64,000 bases of DNA from Nitrospirota bacterium (GCA_963751455.1 CAVVUN010000015.1:896001-960000), one strand, 5' to 3'. Numbered from the stretch's first letter, positions 29,147 through 39,117 are shown. Notes: generated by a model from the sequence alone, not told the origin. Numbers and translations are program-made.

Positions 29147-29978
29147 TTCAATTACGGATTGTACCATGCTCTTGCGATACGCGGGCACACGCAAAATGCG
29201 GAGTGGAGCCCCCTCCGGCAGGAGCCGGGGGATGCCAAGGCGCGGGATTGCGGATTGGAAAAGCAGTAATCAAAATCCAAAATCCGAAATTCGCCTGCAC
29301 CCGGTCGGTTACGAGTGCGGCAGCGCGAGTGCAGGGCGAAATCCGCAAGCGAAAGGGTTTACCCTCCTTGAGGTTCTCCTCGCCATGGCGATTTTAGCCA
29401 TTATCAGCACGGTGATATACGGCACCTTTACGAATTCAGCCAGGAATATCGAGCAGGCCGAGCAGAGCCGGGATGAAACCGATATGGCGCGCGCACTCCT
29501 AGGCCGGCTTTCGAACGATATTGCCAATGCGTATACCAAGAGTACCATTACCAACATACCGGTAATATTTTACGGGAAAAAAGAAGAGCTTTCCGGTGAG
29601 ACCGGGAAAGAGGATTATAAAATCAGGCACGACGAAATCCACATGACGACGCTCACAAACTGGCCTAAACACGAGTCGAAAGAAACGGAGCTGTGGGAAG
29701 TAGGATATTTTTTTAAGGAAAAGCCGGAAGGAAAAGGATACACGCTATTCCGTCGCGAAAAGCGGGAGCTGAGCAGCAGTGTGCCTGCCCTTGATGGCGG
29801 CACGGAGTACGAGATAACGGACCGGGTGAAAAGCCTTCAAATCAAGTATCTGGACGGATCAAACTGGACTGATAACGGCTGGAACAGAAGAACATCGCCT
29901 CCAAGGGCCGCTGAAATAGTTATTATTTTCGATAGTGGCAAGCTGTATACCACGAAGGTCGATGTAGGAAGCAGTTAG
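29139..29978 (+). CDS. gspJ: Minor pseudopilin J with 73-aa repeat-derived leader
   Basis: G|FTLLEVLLAMAIL; start overlaps the gspI stop. Confidence 0.85.
   Translation: MNDSITDCTMLLRYAGTRKMRSGAPSGRSRGMPRRGIADWKSSNQNPKSEIRLHPVGYECGSASAGRNPQAKGFTLLEVLLAMAILAIISTVIYGTFTNSARNIEQAEQSRDETDMARALLGRLSNDIANAYTKSTITNIPVIFYGKKEELSGETGKEDYKIRHDEIHMTTLTNWPKHESKETELWEVGYFFKEKPEGKGYTLFRREKRELSSSVPALDGGTEYEITDRVKSLQIKYLDGSNWTDNGWNRRTSPPRAAEIVIIFDSGKLYTTKVDVGSS
29293..29337 (+). repeat. 45-nt GC-rich element with cctgcac/gtgcagg ends
   Basis: gcctgcacccggtcggttacgagtgcggcagcgcgagtgcagggc inside an AATCCGA array. Confidence 0.8.
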
Positions 29979-29983
29979 GAACA

Positions 29984-30832
29984 ATGGAATCTGGAGACAT
30001 AAAAAAAAGGCGGACAGTAAACGGGGATGAACGAGGGATTGCGCTCCTGATCGTGCTGCTGGTTACGGCGCTTCTGATTGCACTTATCTTTGAATTCGCC
30101 TACGCCACCCGCATCAGCATGAACAGCGCGGTGAATTTTCGAGACAGCCAGCGTGCGTATTTCCTTGCCCGCTCCGGCATCACGGCGTTCAAAAAATACG
30201 GCCAGGCACTTCGCGACATTATTCCGCAGGGTGTCTGGAGCCCGATTCCCGGCATCGGTGAGGCGGATACCATAATTATGGCCAAATGGGAAGATGAATC
30301 GGGCAAGATCAAAATTAATGACATAAGAAATAAGGCAACGCAGGAAGTGGTCGGTAAGCTATTTGAGAACAAGGGAATCGAAACGGATGTGGTTACCAAT
30401 ATGGCGGCGCAATCGGTTGATATCGGCAAAATAACACTATTGTCGGAACTCCGTCAGTACATGAGCGGGGATGACTTTGAAAAAATTTCGAGTTTTTTGA
30501 CGATTGCTCCGGTAAGCAATAACGAAGTAAAAATTAATGTAAACACTGCCGCTGCTGATGTACTTCAGAGTCTCGGAATAGATGCCTATGAAGCGGATAG
30601 AATTGTCAAAGAAGGGCAAAGTAAACCGTATGTTGCCGAGGATCTGACGAGCAGGGGAAGACTAGCAACTCTTTCAAATATAAAAATTGATGGATTGATC
30701 CTTCCTGTTCTTTTAAAAACGCAATCAAGCGGTTTTTATAAAATTTATGCCTACGCTACGGTAGGCGGATATACCAAGCAGGTTGAGGCTATTCTAAACG
30801 GAACCAGTGTTTCCTACTGGAGAGCATTGTGA
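29984..30832 (+). CDS. gspK: Minor pseudopilin K
   Basis: ERG|IALLIVLLV, DESGKI, KINVNTA. Confidence 0.88.
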   Translation: MESGDIKKRRTVNGDERGIALLIVLLVTALLIALIFEFAYATRISMNSAVNFRDSQRAYFLARSGITAFKKYGQALRDIIPQGVWSPIPGIGEADTIIMAKWEDESGKIKINDIRNKATQEVVGKLFENKGIETDVVTNMAAQSVDIGKITLLSELRQYMSGDDFEKISSFLTIAPVSNNEVKINVNTAAADVLQSLGIDAYEADRIVKEGQSKPYVAEDLTSRGRLATLSNIKIDGLILPVLLKTQSSGFYKIYAYATVGGYTKQVEAILNGTSVSYWRAL

Positions 30833-32184
30833 AAATTGTTGGTCTTAAAATAGAAAAGGGGCTGGTTTCCGCTTCCCTTGTTGAAAAGGGTTTCCGTATT
30901 GATAAAGGTTTCGGCAGCACGGAACTGGTCGATTCTTTCACCCGTCCCTATACGAGCGAAGCGGAGCTGGTGGAGATCCTGAACAGCAGTTCCAAAAGCT
31001 GGGAAGGAGCAACGATCGTCTCCGCCATACCCGGGCACCTCTTCAGCCAGCGTCTGGTCCATTTTCCGTTTTCGGACTACAAACGGGTCGAAAAGGCATT
31101 GCCATTCGAGGTCGAGGACAGCCTGCCTTTCCCAATCGACGACGTGATAATCGACCACGTGGTCCTGAACGGCATCAAAGGAGGCAAGGGCGGGGATGCA
31201 ATGACCGAGGCGGCCGTGCTGTGCATGCTGCTCCCCAAAGAGGTCCTGAAGCGGCATCTCGAAATGCTTGCCGCCGCGGGAATTGATCCACAGGTTGTCG
31301 TGCCTTCATACGTCGGCCTGCATTCGCTTTCAAAAATGATGCCGGTCGAAGGGTGCATAATCATGACCTGCGGCAAGGATTTTTGTCTCCGCGCTGACGG
31401 AGCCATAAAAGCGCTGAGAAGCTTCTCAGACGGGGGAGCTACCGCCGGTTTGCTCCATACGGTCAAGGCTCTGGAGACCGAGTGCAAGGAGCGGGTGGAA
31501 AAGGCCGTGCTTCTCTGCCCCAACGGCGAGGAACAGGACCGGCTTGCGCAGCTTGGTATTGCAGTCGAGCATGTGGCGCCGGAACTGGGCGGCAAAAAAG
31601 CAGCTGATCCGCTCAGCCTCGGTATCGCCCTCGCCGAACAGATCAATTTCCGGAAAGGCGAATTCGGCTATCATGTCGAGGACCAGGACGTACGCCGCAG
31701 AAAAATGACGCTCGCAGCGGCCGCCGCGGTTGCCGTGGTGCTTTTCATCGCCAACCTCGGCGTCAAATTTTACGTGATTGAAACGTCCTATGGCAAACTG
31801 GACAAAGAGATCAGGGCCATTTACCGGCAGGCCGTACCGGATGCGAAGTCGGTCGTCGACCCGGTCAGGCAGCTGAGGAGCAGTTTCGAAGACGCGAAAC
31901 GCAAGTACGGAGTGCTTGGAACCGGAACCTCGGCGCTGGATGCGATGAAGGCGGTGAACGACGGCATACCCAAGGAAGTGCGGTTGGTGTTCCAGGAGTT
32001 CAACCTGGAAGGAGACCGGCTGAAGCTCCAAGGTGAGGCTTCGTCGTTCGAATCCGTGGATAAGATCAAGGCTGAATTGCAGAAGTCGGAACTGTTCAGC
32101 GAGATTACGGTCCTGGATACGAGAATGGGCACGGATAACAAGGTGAAGTTCCGGTTGGACATCAAACTGAAGCAGGCGGGGTAA
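30829..32184 (+). CDS. gspL: T2SS protein L
   Basis: Actin-like cytoplasmic domain (LPFEVED), INFRKGEF, single TM, periplasmic domain. Confidence 0.85.
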   Translation: MKIVGLKIEKGLVSASLVEKGFRIDKGFGSTELVDSFTRPYTSEAELVEILNSSSKSWEGATIVSAIPGHLFSQRLVHFPFSDYKRVEKALPFEVEDSLPFPIDDVIIDHVVLNGIKGGKGGDAMTEAAVLCMLLPKEVLKRHLEMLAAAGIDPQVVVPSYVGLHSLSKMMPVEGCIIMTCGKDFCLRADGAIKALRSFSDGGATAGLLHTVKALETECKERVEKAVLLCPNGEEQDRLAQLGIAVEHVAPELGGKKAADPLSLGIALAEQINFRKGEFGYHVEDQDVRRRKMTLAAAAAVAVVLFIANLGVKFYVIETSYGKLDKEIRAIYRQAVPDAKSVVDPVRQLRSSFEDAKRKYGVLGTGTSALDAMKAVNDGIPKEVRLVFQEFNLEGDRLKLQGEASSFESVDKIKAELQKSELFSEITVLDTRMGTDNKVKFRLDIKLKQAG

Positions 32185-32195
32185 CCCGAACGAAT

Positions 32196-32598
32196 TTGTA
32201 ACCACGGATGAACACGGTTAAAAGCTGAGAAACCCCATGAGTGGAGAAAAGGAACTTCTTCATGGGATCTTACTTAAAAAAGATAAAGGTAATCCTCCAA
32301 CAAGAGTTCAAGGTTCTGTACCGGGAAAAAGAAGTAGGTCTCTATTTACGCAGACCTCGTTGTTGAACAGAAGGTAATCGTGGAAGTAAAGTCAGTAGAT
32401 AGAATTGACGATGTTCACCGTGCTCAGATTATGAATTACCTGAGGATATCGGGAGTGCGGATAGGACTGCTGATAAACTTTTCGCGTCCGAAGTTAGAAT
32501 ATGAGAGAATAGTTGTTTAACCGTGTGTTTTGATTTAAACCCGGGATATTTATCTGTGTGTGCGGCGAAGCCGCACCCGTGTTTATCTGTGGTTACAA
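32196..32598. mobile_element. Inverted-repeat-bounded cassette carrying a GxxExxY remnant
   Basis: ttgtaaccacggatgaacacgg ... ccgtgtttatctgtggttacaa (20 of 22 nt inverted match). Confidence 0.75.
32237..32520 (+). pseudogene. GxxExxY-family PD-(D/E)XK protein, deleted and frameshifted
   Basis: Fragments MSGEKELLHG / KVILQQEFKVLYREKEVGLY / YADLVVEQKVIVEVKSV..HRAQIMNYLRISG..GLLINF..*; the GxxExxY segment itself is missing. Confidence 0.85.
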
Positions 32599-32610
32599 TC
32601 AGAGGTTGTT

Positions 32611-33111
32611 GTGAAGTTAGAATCCAGAGATAAAAAAGTTCTGATCATCGGCGGTATCGTCGTGGCGATCATCCTGCTCTACGCCCTCGTCCTCGGCCCC
32701 TTGTATGCGGACTTGTCCCGGAAGCGGGACCTGATTCCGAAAAAGGAAAAGGACCTTGCGGAGATGCGCATTCTGAAGGACGAATACCTCGAAATGCAGA
32801 AACGCCTGCAGCAGCTGCAGGAAGCGGCCGCAAAGCGCGGCCCGCTGCTGACTGAGATCGAGAACATAACAAAACGATCGAACCTGGGAGGCAAGATCGT
32901 TTCGCTCAAGCCGCAGCCCGGCGTTCAGGCGGAAAATTTCAAGGAAAGCATTGTCGAGATCAAGCTCAAGAGCATCACGCTGTATGACGTTCTCAATTAC
33001 GTGAATCTTCTCGAGAAATCCTCGCTCCGCATCAGGAAGCTGTACTTCAAACCGCGCTTCGATAATCCGAAGCTCTTAAACTCCACAATACAGGTTTCGA
33101 GCGCTGGGTAG
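32611..33111 (+). CDS. gspM: T2SS protein M
   Basis: LESRDKKVL, TM, coiled coil; GTG start after AGAGG. Confidence 0.82.
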   Translation: MKLESRDKKVLIIGGIVVAIILLYALVLGPLYADLSRKRDLIPKKEKDLAEMRILKDEYLEMQKRLQQLQEAAAKRGPLLTEIENITKRSNLGGKIVSLKPQPGVQAENFKESIVEIKLKSITLYDVLNYVNLLEKSSLRIRKLYFKPRFDNPKLLNSTIQVSSAG

Positions 33112-33114
33112 GCC

Positions 33115-33945
33115 ATGATCGACAGGAATTTGCTCATCAGAAGACTCTCCTTTGCAGGCTATTTCATCGCCGCCTTTTTACTGTTCCTCCTCCTGCTCTT
33201 TCCTTTTGACCGCGTCAAGCAGAAGCTGGAAGCGGAGTTTCGCCAGCGGACCAATCTCAAGTTGTCGGTATCCCGCATTTCGCCGAGATTTTTCAACCAA
33301 TACGTGCTTTCTGATGTCGTGATATCGGACAAAAAGGGCAAGGTTTTGTTCGAAAGCCGGTCGGTCAATGCTTCGGTTTCGCTTTTCAGTCTTCTTCGCG
33401 GCGGCCTCTCGGTCAAGATGAAGGCGGACGCCTATGGGGGCGCCCTGCTCATGAAGGCGCAGCAATCGACCGGACGCCGGTATCTTCTGCTGGACGCCGA
33501 CGCCCTCGATATCGCTTTGTACCCGATGCTTAAGGAACTGGGTGTGCGGCTGACCGGGAAATTGGGCGGTAACTTTGAAATGAACGGCGATTCCGGGAAA
33601 GGCCGCCTCTGGGTGAAGGGTGTGACGTCGAGGGAACTGAAGATAAAGGGATTCAGCATTCCTGATTTTGATTTTGAAAAGGGATGGATTGAAACGGAGC
33701 TCAGAGGAGATCGGTTAATGGTGAAGAAACTGGACCTCGAGGGTAAAGAAATCAAGATCCAGGTTACGGGGGACCTCGTTCTTCAGGAACGCGGTACGTT
33801 GAATATGTCCGTAAAAATCAAACCGTCCGAACGGTTGGCGCATGAACAGGCAGCATTCCTTTCTCTGCTGAAAAACCGCGACGCAGACGGTTATTATAAT
33901 CTTGTGATCGGCGGCTTGGTCTCGGAGCCCATGCCGAGATTCTAA
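33115..33945 (+). CDS. gspN: T2SS protein N
   Basis: N-terminal TM ending LFPFD, beta-rich body, AYGG; last gene of the cluster. Confidence 0.8.
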   Translation: MIDRNLLIRRLSFAGYFIAAFLLFLLLLFPFDRVKQKLEAEFRQRTNLKLSVSRISPRFFNQYVLSDVVISDKKGKVLFESRSVNASVSLFSLLRGGLSVKMKADAYGGALLMKAQQSTGRRYLLLDADALDIALYPMLKELGVRLTGKLGGNFEMNGDSGKGRLWVKGVTSRELKIKGFSIPDFDFEKGWIETELRGDRLMVKKLDLEGKEIKIQVTGDLVLQERGTLNMSVKIKPSERLAHEQAAFLSLLKNRDADGYYNLVIGGLVSEPMPRF

Positions 33946-34204
33946 TAATGATGCATTCGGAAAAGTCCAGTCTCACACAAAGCCACGAAGACACAAAGAA
34001 AATCATCGCTCATGTAGTTTCTATTTCGAAACGATTTATAATTCCTTCCCTCCTTTTCTCCTTGTTATTGGTGATCGTCGCCTTCGGAATTCCCACTTTT
34101 TATAGTTGTGCAATTTGGTGTTTACACTCATGATAATGTAGGGTACACTGAGTTTTGGAAATATGGCTGAGGCCGGAACAACCGTGTGATGATAGGGAAC
34201 GAGG

Positions 34205-36844
34205 ATGGATCATTTACAACTGATAGGATTTCCCCTTTTTATCGTCGGCGGCCTGGAAGTCCTCCTGGCCATGGTGCTTCTGAGAGAAAATCCGAGAAAC
34301 AGTCCTGTCAATAAATCGATCGCAACCTTCTCATTCTTCACCGGTGCTTTTTCCCTGATCACGGCCGTTATGTACGTGCGGGCCTCTTTCGGCTTCGACA
34401 TTACCGGGCTCGCCCGCGCAAACTGGATCGGCTGGCTCATAATACCCGCAACCGCGCAATTCGTCTTTTATCTCAAGGACGAAAAAAGCAGGATAGCCCG
34501 TATTGCCGGCTGGGTGCTCTACCCCTTTTGGACCATTATTTTTTTCATAAGCGTGACGACCAATCTGATCGAGAGCGGAAACTACACGCTTTTGCCGTAT
34601 ATTGATCGTTCGGGCCCACTCGGAAAACCTCTCCGCATGGTCGGCATTATCGTCATCTTCTGGGTCGTGTATGAGATATTCCGCCTCAGGCGCCACGTAA
34701 CCGGCATAAAGAGAGCGCAGCTCAACTACTTTATCCACGGCGTTCTTATATTCGCGGGCGGCGCCGGCATTTTCGCCGGGGTCCTTCAATTGTTCGGCGG
34801 ATTCGGCTTCGAACCGGGGCTCAGTTCCTATTTCAGCCTCCCCTGGGTCGTCCTGACGTTCTACTCGATAACCCGCTATCGTTTGTTTGATATTCGCAGC
34901 ATCTTTTCCCGCGTTATCACGATCAGCATCCTGGCCCTCTTTTTTTCTCTCATCCAGACCGGCTTCTTCAGCATAGCCCAGCCGGTCCTCGGCACGACGT
35001 TTACGATTATCGTATCCTTGTTCTTTATCGGGTTCCTCTTTTTCGCAACTTCGTTTGTCAACACTGTCGAGCTTTTTATCCGACGTATTGTCCTCCAGGA
35101 AAAATTCGACTACCAGCAGATCCTGAAGGAATCGATCAAGGCCATTATTACTATCCTGGATTTGAAGGAACTTCTGAATTATCTTGTGTACAGCATCAGG
35201 ACGAGCATCAGGTCCGAAAAAGTGTGCCTGTTTCTGAAAGCGGACGACGGGCAGTACCGCCGGCGCCCCGAAACCGGCCTGAGCAGACCCTTGATAGCGC
35301 CGCTCTGCGATGATGAAGTGCTTGACGGGAGCGCAGTGGAATGGATAAAGCGGTCAGGAGGCGTGACCATCCGGGAAGAATTGGAGGGAACCGTTCCTGA
35401 AGAGGAGTTTCGCTTCCTGAATACCTACATGAAGCAAAACGGCATCGAGCTCTTTATCCCGATGTACTATAAGGGCGGATTGCAGGGAGTGCTGGGGCTT
35501 GGACAGAAAGGCGATGGTGAGCCGTACGCTCAAAGCGACATAGATCTGCTCGAGACACTTGCCGGCCATGCAGCCGTTGCTTTAGAGAATGCCCGGCTTT
35601 ATGCTGAATCGCGTCTGGTCCAGGAATCCAGCAGGCAAAATCAGGAGCGGTTCCGCAATCTGATTGAAACGACCAGCGATTGGGTCTGGGAAATGAACGA
35701 CCGGGGTGTGTACACGTATGTCAATCCCAAAATCCGCGACATCCTCGGCCACGAACCACAGGACGTGTTAGGCAAGACCTTCTTCGATTTTATGCCGAAG
35801 GAAGAGGCGCGGCGGGTAGCGGACTTTTTCGTTTCTATGGCAGTTCAAAAGAAGCCGTTCCTGATGTTTAAGAACAGCAAGGTCCACAAGGAAGGCCGGC
35901 TCGTGATTCTTGAATCAAGCGGCGTGCCTGTTTTTGACGGCAAAGGCGCATTCACGGGATACCGCGGCATCGACCGGGATGTTACCGAGCGCTATGATCT
36001 TGAAGGAAAGCTGCGCTATGTTCAGAAAATGGAGGCTATCGGGAGGCTGGCAGGCGGGATCGCTCACGATCTTAATGCAATAGTTCATTCCGTTACGGGA
36101 CATGCGGAGCTTCTGCATCTGAACATGAAAAAAGAAGACCCTCTGCGAAGCAGCATCGAGCATATCCTGGCCGCGGCTGACCGGGCCTCCAAGATTACGC
36201 GCAATCTGCTTGCGTTGGGCGACAAAAAGGCCTTGGATCTGAAAATTGTCAAGGTCAACGATATCATTCGCGGAGTTGAGAAGCTTCTCACCGGGCTGCT
36301 CAGGGAGAATATTAAACTTTCGCTTTACTTCGAGGACGAAGATTGGCCGATTCGGGCGGACTCTACACAGCTCGAGCGCGTACTCATGAACATCATATCA
36401 AATGCAGTCGATGCAATGCCGGATGACGGCCAACTGACCATAGAATCGGGACTTGCTGAAATAAACGATGAATTCACGACGGAACACGGGTACGGAAAGC
36501 CTGGTCCGTATGCGGTCATATCTGTTTCCGATACGGGTAAAGGCATGGATGATCACACCAGGCGAAGGATTTTTGAGCCATTCTTCACAACAAAAAGCTA
36601 CGGCAAGGGCACCGGGTTCGGCCTGTCCATTGTGTACGACATAGTCAAGGAGCACCAAGGGTATATTACTGTCGACACGGTACCGGGAAAGGGTTCGCGG
36701 TTCAGTATATACCTGCCGTTGCAGCTGTCGCCGTTTATGGACACTATACCGGCTTCAAGCGACAGCCCCATACAGAACCGGCCGGCCGTGAGTCCGGACG
36801 GCGATGGAGAATCGTCCGGAGCGCCGATGGATGAAACGCGCTGA
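34205..36844 (+). CDS. Multi-TM GAF-PAS sensor histidine kinase
   Basis: Hydrophobic N-terminus, GAF (ALENARLY), PAS, GGIAHDLN H-box, N/G1/F/G2 boxes; no receiver domain. Confidence 0.92.
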   Translation: MDHLQLIGFPLFIVGGLEVLLAMVLLRENPRNSPVNKSIATFSFFTGAFSLITAVMYVRASFGFDITGLARANWIGWLIIPATAQFVFYLKDEKSRIARIAGWVLYPFWTIIFFISVTTNLIESGNYTLLPYIDRSGPLGKPLRMVGIIVIFWVVYEIFRLRRHVTGIKRAQLNYFIHGVLIFAGGAGIFAGVLQLFGGFGFEPGLSSYFSLPWVVLTFYSITRYRLFDIRSIFSRVITISILALFFSLIQTGFFSIAQPVLGTTFTIIVSLFFIGFLFFATSFVNTVELFIRRIVLQEKFDYQQILKESIKAIITILDLKELLNYLVYSIRTSIRSEKVCLFLKADDGQYRRRPETGLSRPLIAPLCDDEVLDGSAVEWIKRSGGVTIREELEGTVPEEEFRFLNTYMKQNGIELFIPMYYKGGLQGVLGLGQKGDGEPYAQSDIDLLETLAGHAAVALENARLYAESRLVQESSRQNQERFRNLIETTSDWVWEMNDRGVYTYVNPKIRDILGHEPQDVLGKTFFDFMPKEEARRVADFFVSMAVQKKPFLMFKNSKVHKEGRLVILESSGVPVFDGKGAFTGYRGIDRDVTERYDLEGKLRYVQKMEAIGRLAGGIAHDLNAIVHSVTGHAELLHLNMKKEDPLRSSIEHILAAADRASKITRNLLALGDKKALDLKIVKVNDIIRGVEKLLTGLLRENIKLSLYFEDEDWPIRADSTQLERVLMNIISNAVDAMPDDGQLTIESGLAEINDEFTTEHGYGKPGPYAVISVSDTGKGMDDHTRRRIFEPFFTTKSYGKGTGFGLSIVYDIVKEHQGYITVDTVPGKGSRFSIYLPLQLSPFMDTIPASSDSPIQNRPAVSPDGDGESSGAPMDETR

Positions 36845-36891
36845 CCGTCCGGGCAAGGAGTGACAGAAAGCCCGGAGAAAGGCATCTGCAA

Positions 36892-38262
36892 GTGAAATCG
36901 CGATCTAAAACCGTTTATGTTTGCCAATCCTGCGGGACCCAGTCTCCGCGCTGGATGGGGAAGTGTCCTGACTGCGGCCAATGGAACACCATGGTCGAAG
37001 AGCGTCTTGAGAAACCGCAGGAAAGAGGGAGCGGCAAGCGGCGCGACGGATCCGAGCCCATCCTGCTCGGCGCTATCGAAACCAGGGATGAAGACCGCTT
37101 TGGTACGGGAATCGGCGAACTCGACCGCGTGCTGGGAGGCGGCATTGTTTCAGGGTCGGTGGTGCTTATCGGCGGAGACCCGGGAATTGGCAAATCGACG
37201 CTCGTGCTCCAGATGCTTCGACAGGTTTCGGAGCTTCGGGGCAAGGCGCTTTACGTTTCAGGAGAAGAGTCGCCGTCCCAGATCAAGATGCGCGCCGTCC
37301 GTCTGGGCGTCAAAACCGAAAACCTTTACGTGCTTGCCGAAACGCAGCTCGAGGAGATCCTCCATGCCGCAAAGGGGCTCCAGCCGCAGGTTCTCGTTGT
37401 CGATTCGGTGCAGACGGTCTTTACGTCCGAACTTCCGTCAGCTCCGGGAAGTGTCGGCCAGGTGCGGGAGGTGTCAGGCAGGCTGATGCTGTATGCAAAA
37501 AAGACAGGGACCCCGACATTTCTCATTGGACACGTAACCAAGGACGGCGCCATAGCCGGCCCGCGGGTGCTGGAGCATATTGTGGACACGGTGCTCTATT
37601 TCGAAGGCGACAAGGGACACTCTTTCCGGATCCTGAGGGCGGTCAAGAACCGCTTCGGGTCCACGAACGAGATCGGCGTGTTCGAGATGAAGGAGGGCGG
37701 CCTGGCCGAGGTTGCAAATCCGTCCGAGATATTCCTTGCCGAGCGGCCTGCCGATGCCACCGGCTCGGTTGTAGTATCATCGCTTGAAGGAACACGGCCG
37801 ATCCTGGCCGAGCTCCAGGCCCTTGTTGCGCCTTCAAAACTCACAATGCCCCGGCGGACCTGCATCGGGGTCGATTTTAACCGGGTCTCGCTTCTCCTTG
37901 CGGTCCTCGAGAAACGCGTTGGCATGCATCTCATGGGAATGGATGTGTTCGTGAACGTTGTGGGCGGACTCAAGATCGATGAGCCGGCAGTCGACCTCGG
38001 TGTGATTGCCGCGGTGGCGTCCAGCTTCAGGGAAAAGCCCGTTCATGCCCAGACGCTGGTAATGGGAGAGGTTGGTCTTGCCGGAGAAGTTCGCGCCATA
38101 AGCCAGGCAGAGGCGAGGCTCAAGGACGCCGCCAAACTGGGGTTCACGCGCTGCATCCTTCCGGCCCTCAATATAGAAAAGATGGAAAAATCCCCGGCGC
38201 TCAAAAAGATGGAGCTCATGGGTGTGCGTTCTGTTGACGAGGCGATGGAGAGGCTGTTTTAG
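36892..38262 (+). CDS. radA: DNA repair protein RadA/Sms
   Basis: Zn finger CQSC..CPDC, GDPGIGKST, KNRFG. Confidence 0.98.
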   Translation: MKSRSKTVYVCQSCGTQSPRWMGKCPDCGQWNTMVEERLEKPQERGSGKRRDGSEPILLGAIETRDEDRFGTGIGELDRVLGGGIVSGSVVLIGGDPGIGKSTLVLQMLRQVSELRGKALYVSGEESPSQIKMRAVRLGVKTENLYVLAETQLEEILHAAKGLQPQVLVVDSVQTVFTSELPSAPGSVGQVREVSGRLMLYAKKTGTPTFLIGHVTKDGAIAGPRVLEHIVDTVLYFEGDKGHSFRILRAVKNRFGSTNEIGVFEMKEGGLAEVANPSEIFLAERPADATGSVVVSSLEGTRPILAELQALVAPSKLTMPRRTCIGVDFNRVSLLLAVLEKRVGMHLMGMDVFVNVVGGLKIDEPAVDLGVIAAVASSFREKPVHAQTLVMGEVGLAGEVRAISQAEARLKDAAKLGFTRCILPALNIEKMEKSPALKKMELMGVRSVDEAMERLF

Positions 38263-38347
38263 CGCGAGTCGAAATGGCATTAAACACGTCCCAAATAGAA
38301 TCATCAGTGATGTTTGATTTGCTTAACATTTTCAATTACAATTAAGT

Positions 38348-38563
38348 ATGCCTATTAAACCCCATCCCAACCATAAGATCTACATTCAGACGCTTCGGCG
38401 GATGTCGCCTGAGGCGCGTCTCATGAAGTCCTTCGAGCTTTCGCAGTTTACGAAAGACCTCTTCCTCCACGGCCTTCGTAAACGGTTCCCGAATTTCTCC
38501 GATGAAGCGATCAAGAAGCTCTATCTGGAGCGCCTCAATAAATGTCACAACAGGAACTACTGA
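38348..38563 (+). CDS. Small hypothetical protein, partner of the downstream NTase
   Basis: 71 aa, LRRMSPEARL motif, overlaps the next gene. Confidence 0.7.
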   Translation: MPIKPHPNHKIYIQTLRRMSPEARLMKSFELSQFTKDLFLHGLRKRFPNFSDEAIKKLYLERLNKCHNRNY

Positions 38564-39117
38564 AAAGAGTCATCCAGTCGCTGGATGCTGCAGGCATCGA
38601 GTACATGGCAACGGGTTCGATCGTATCCAGCCTTCAGGGCGAGCCACGCTCAACTCATGATATCGATCTTGTCGTCGCGATTCCGAGACATGCTGTTAAA
38701 AACCTGATTAAGGCTTTTCCCCCTCCGGCTTATTACCTTGACGAGGATAGCATCATCGAAGCAATTAACAGTCGTGGGATGTTCAATTTGGTTGATGTGA
38801 ACGTCGGGGACAAAATTGATTTTTGGATGCTGACCGATGACTCCTTCGATCGATCTCGCTTTGCGCGTAGGTACCCGGAGGAGTTGATAGGCATAAAAAT
38901 GTTTGTTTCGACCCCGGAGGATACTATCCTTATGAAGCTGAGATGGGCAAAGCTCTCCGGCGGCAGTGAAAAACAGTTTACTGACGCGCTGCGCGTATAT
39001 GAAGTGCAATATGAAAAGCTGGACATGAATTATTTGCGAACGTGGGCTGCAAAGTTGGATATCGAGACGATGCTTCAACGCCTTCAAAACGAGGCAGATA
39101 TAATACAAAGACCCTGA
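38542..39117 (+). CDS. Nucleotidyltransferase-fold protein (TA-like module)
   Basis: TGS...GEPRSTHDIDLVV, TPEDTILMKL. Confidence 0.8.
   Translation: MSQQELLKRVIQSLDAAGIEYMATGSIVSSLQGEPRSTHDIDLVVAIPRHAVKNLIKAFPPPAYYLDEDSIIEAINSRGMFNLVDVNVGDKIDFWMLTDDSFDRSRFARRYPEELIGIKMFVSTPEDTILMKLRWAKLSGGSEKQFTDALRVYEVQYEKLDMNYLRTWAAKLDIETMLQRLQNEADIIQRP

Noticed and set aside
30290-30830. AT-richer 3' part of gspK as a foreign island
   Set aside because: The ORF is intact and has no boundaries or mobility signs; the impression was not quantified.
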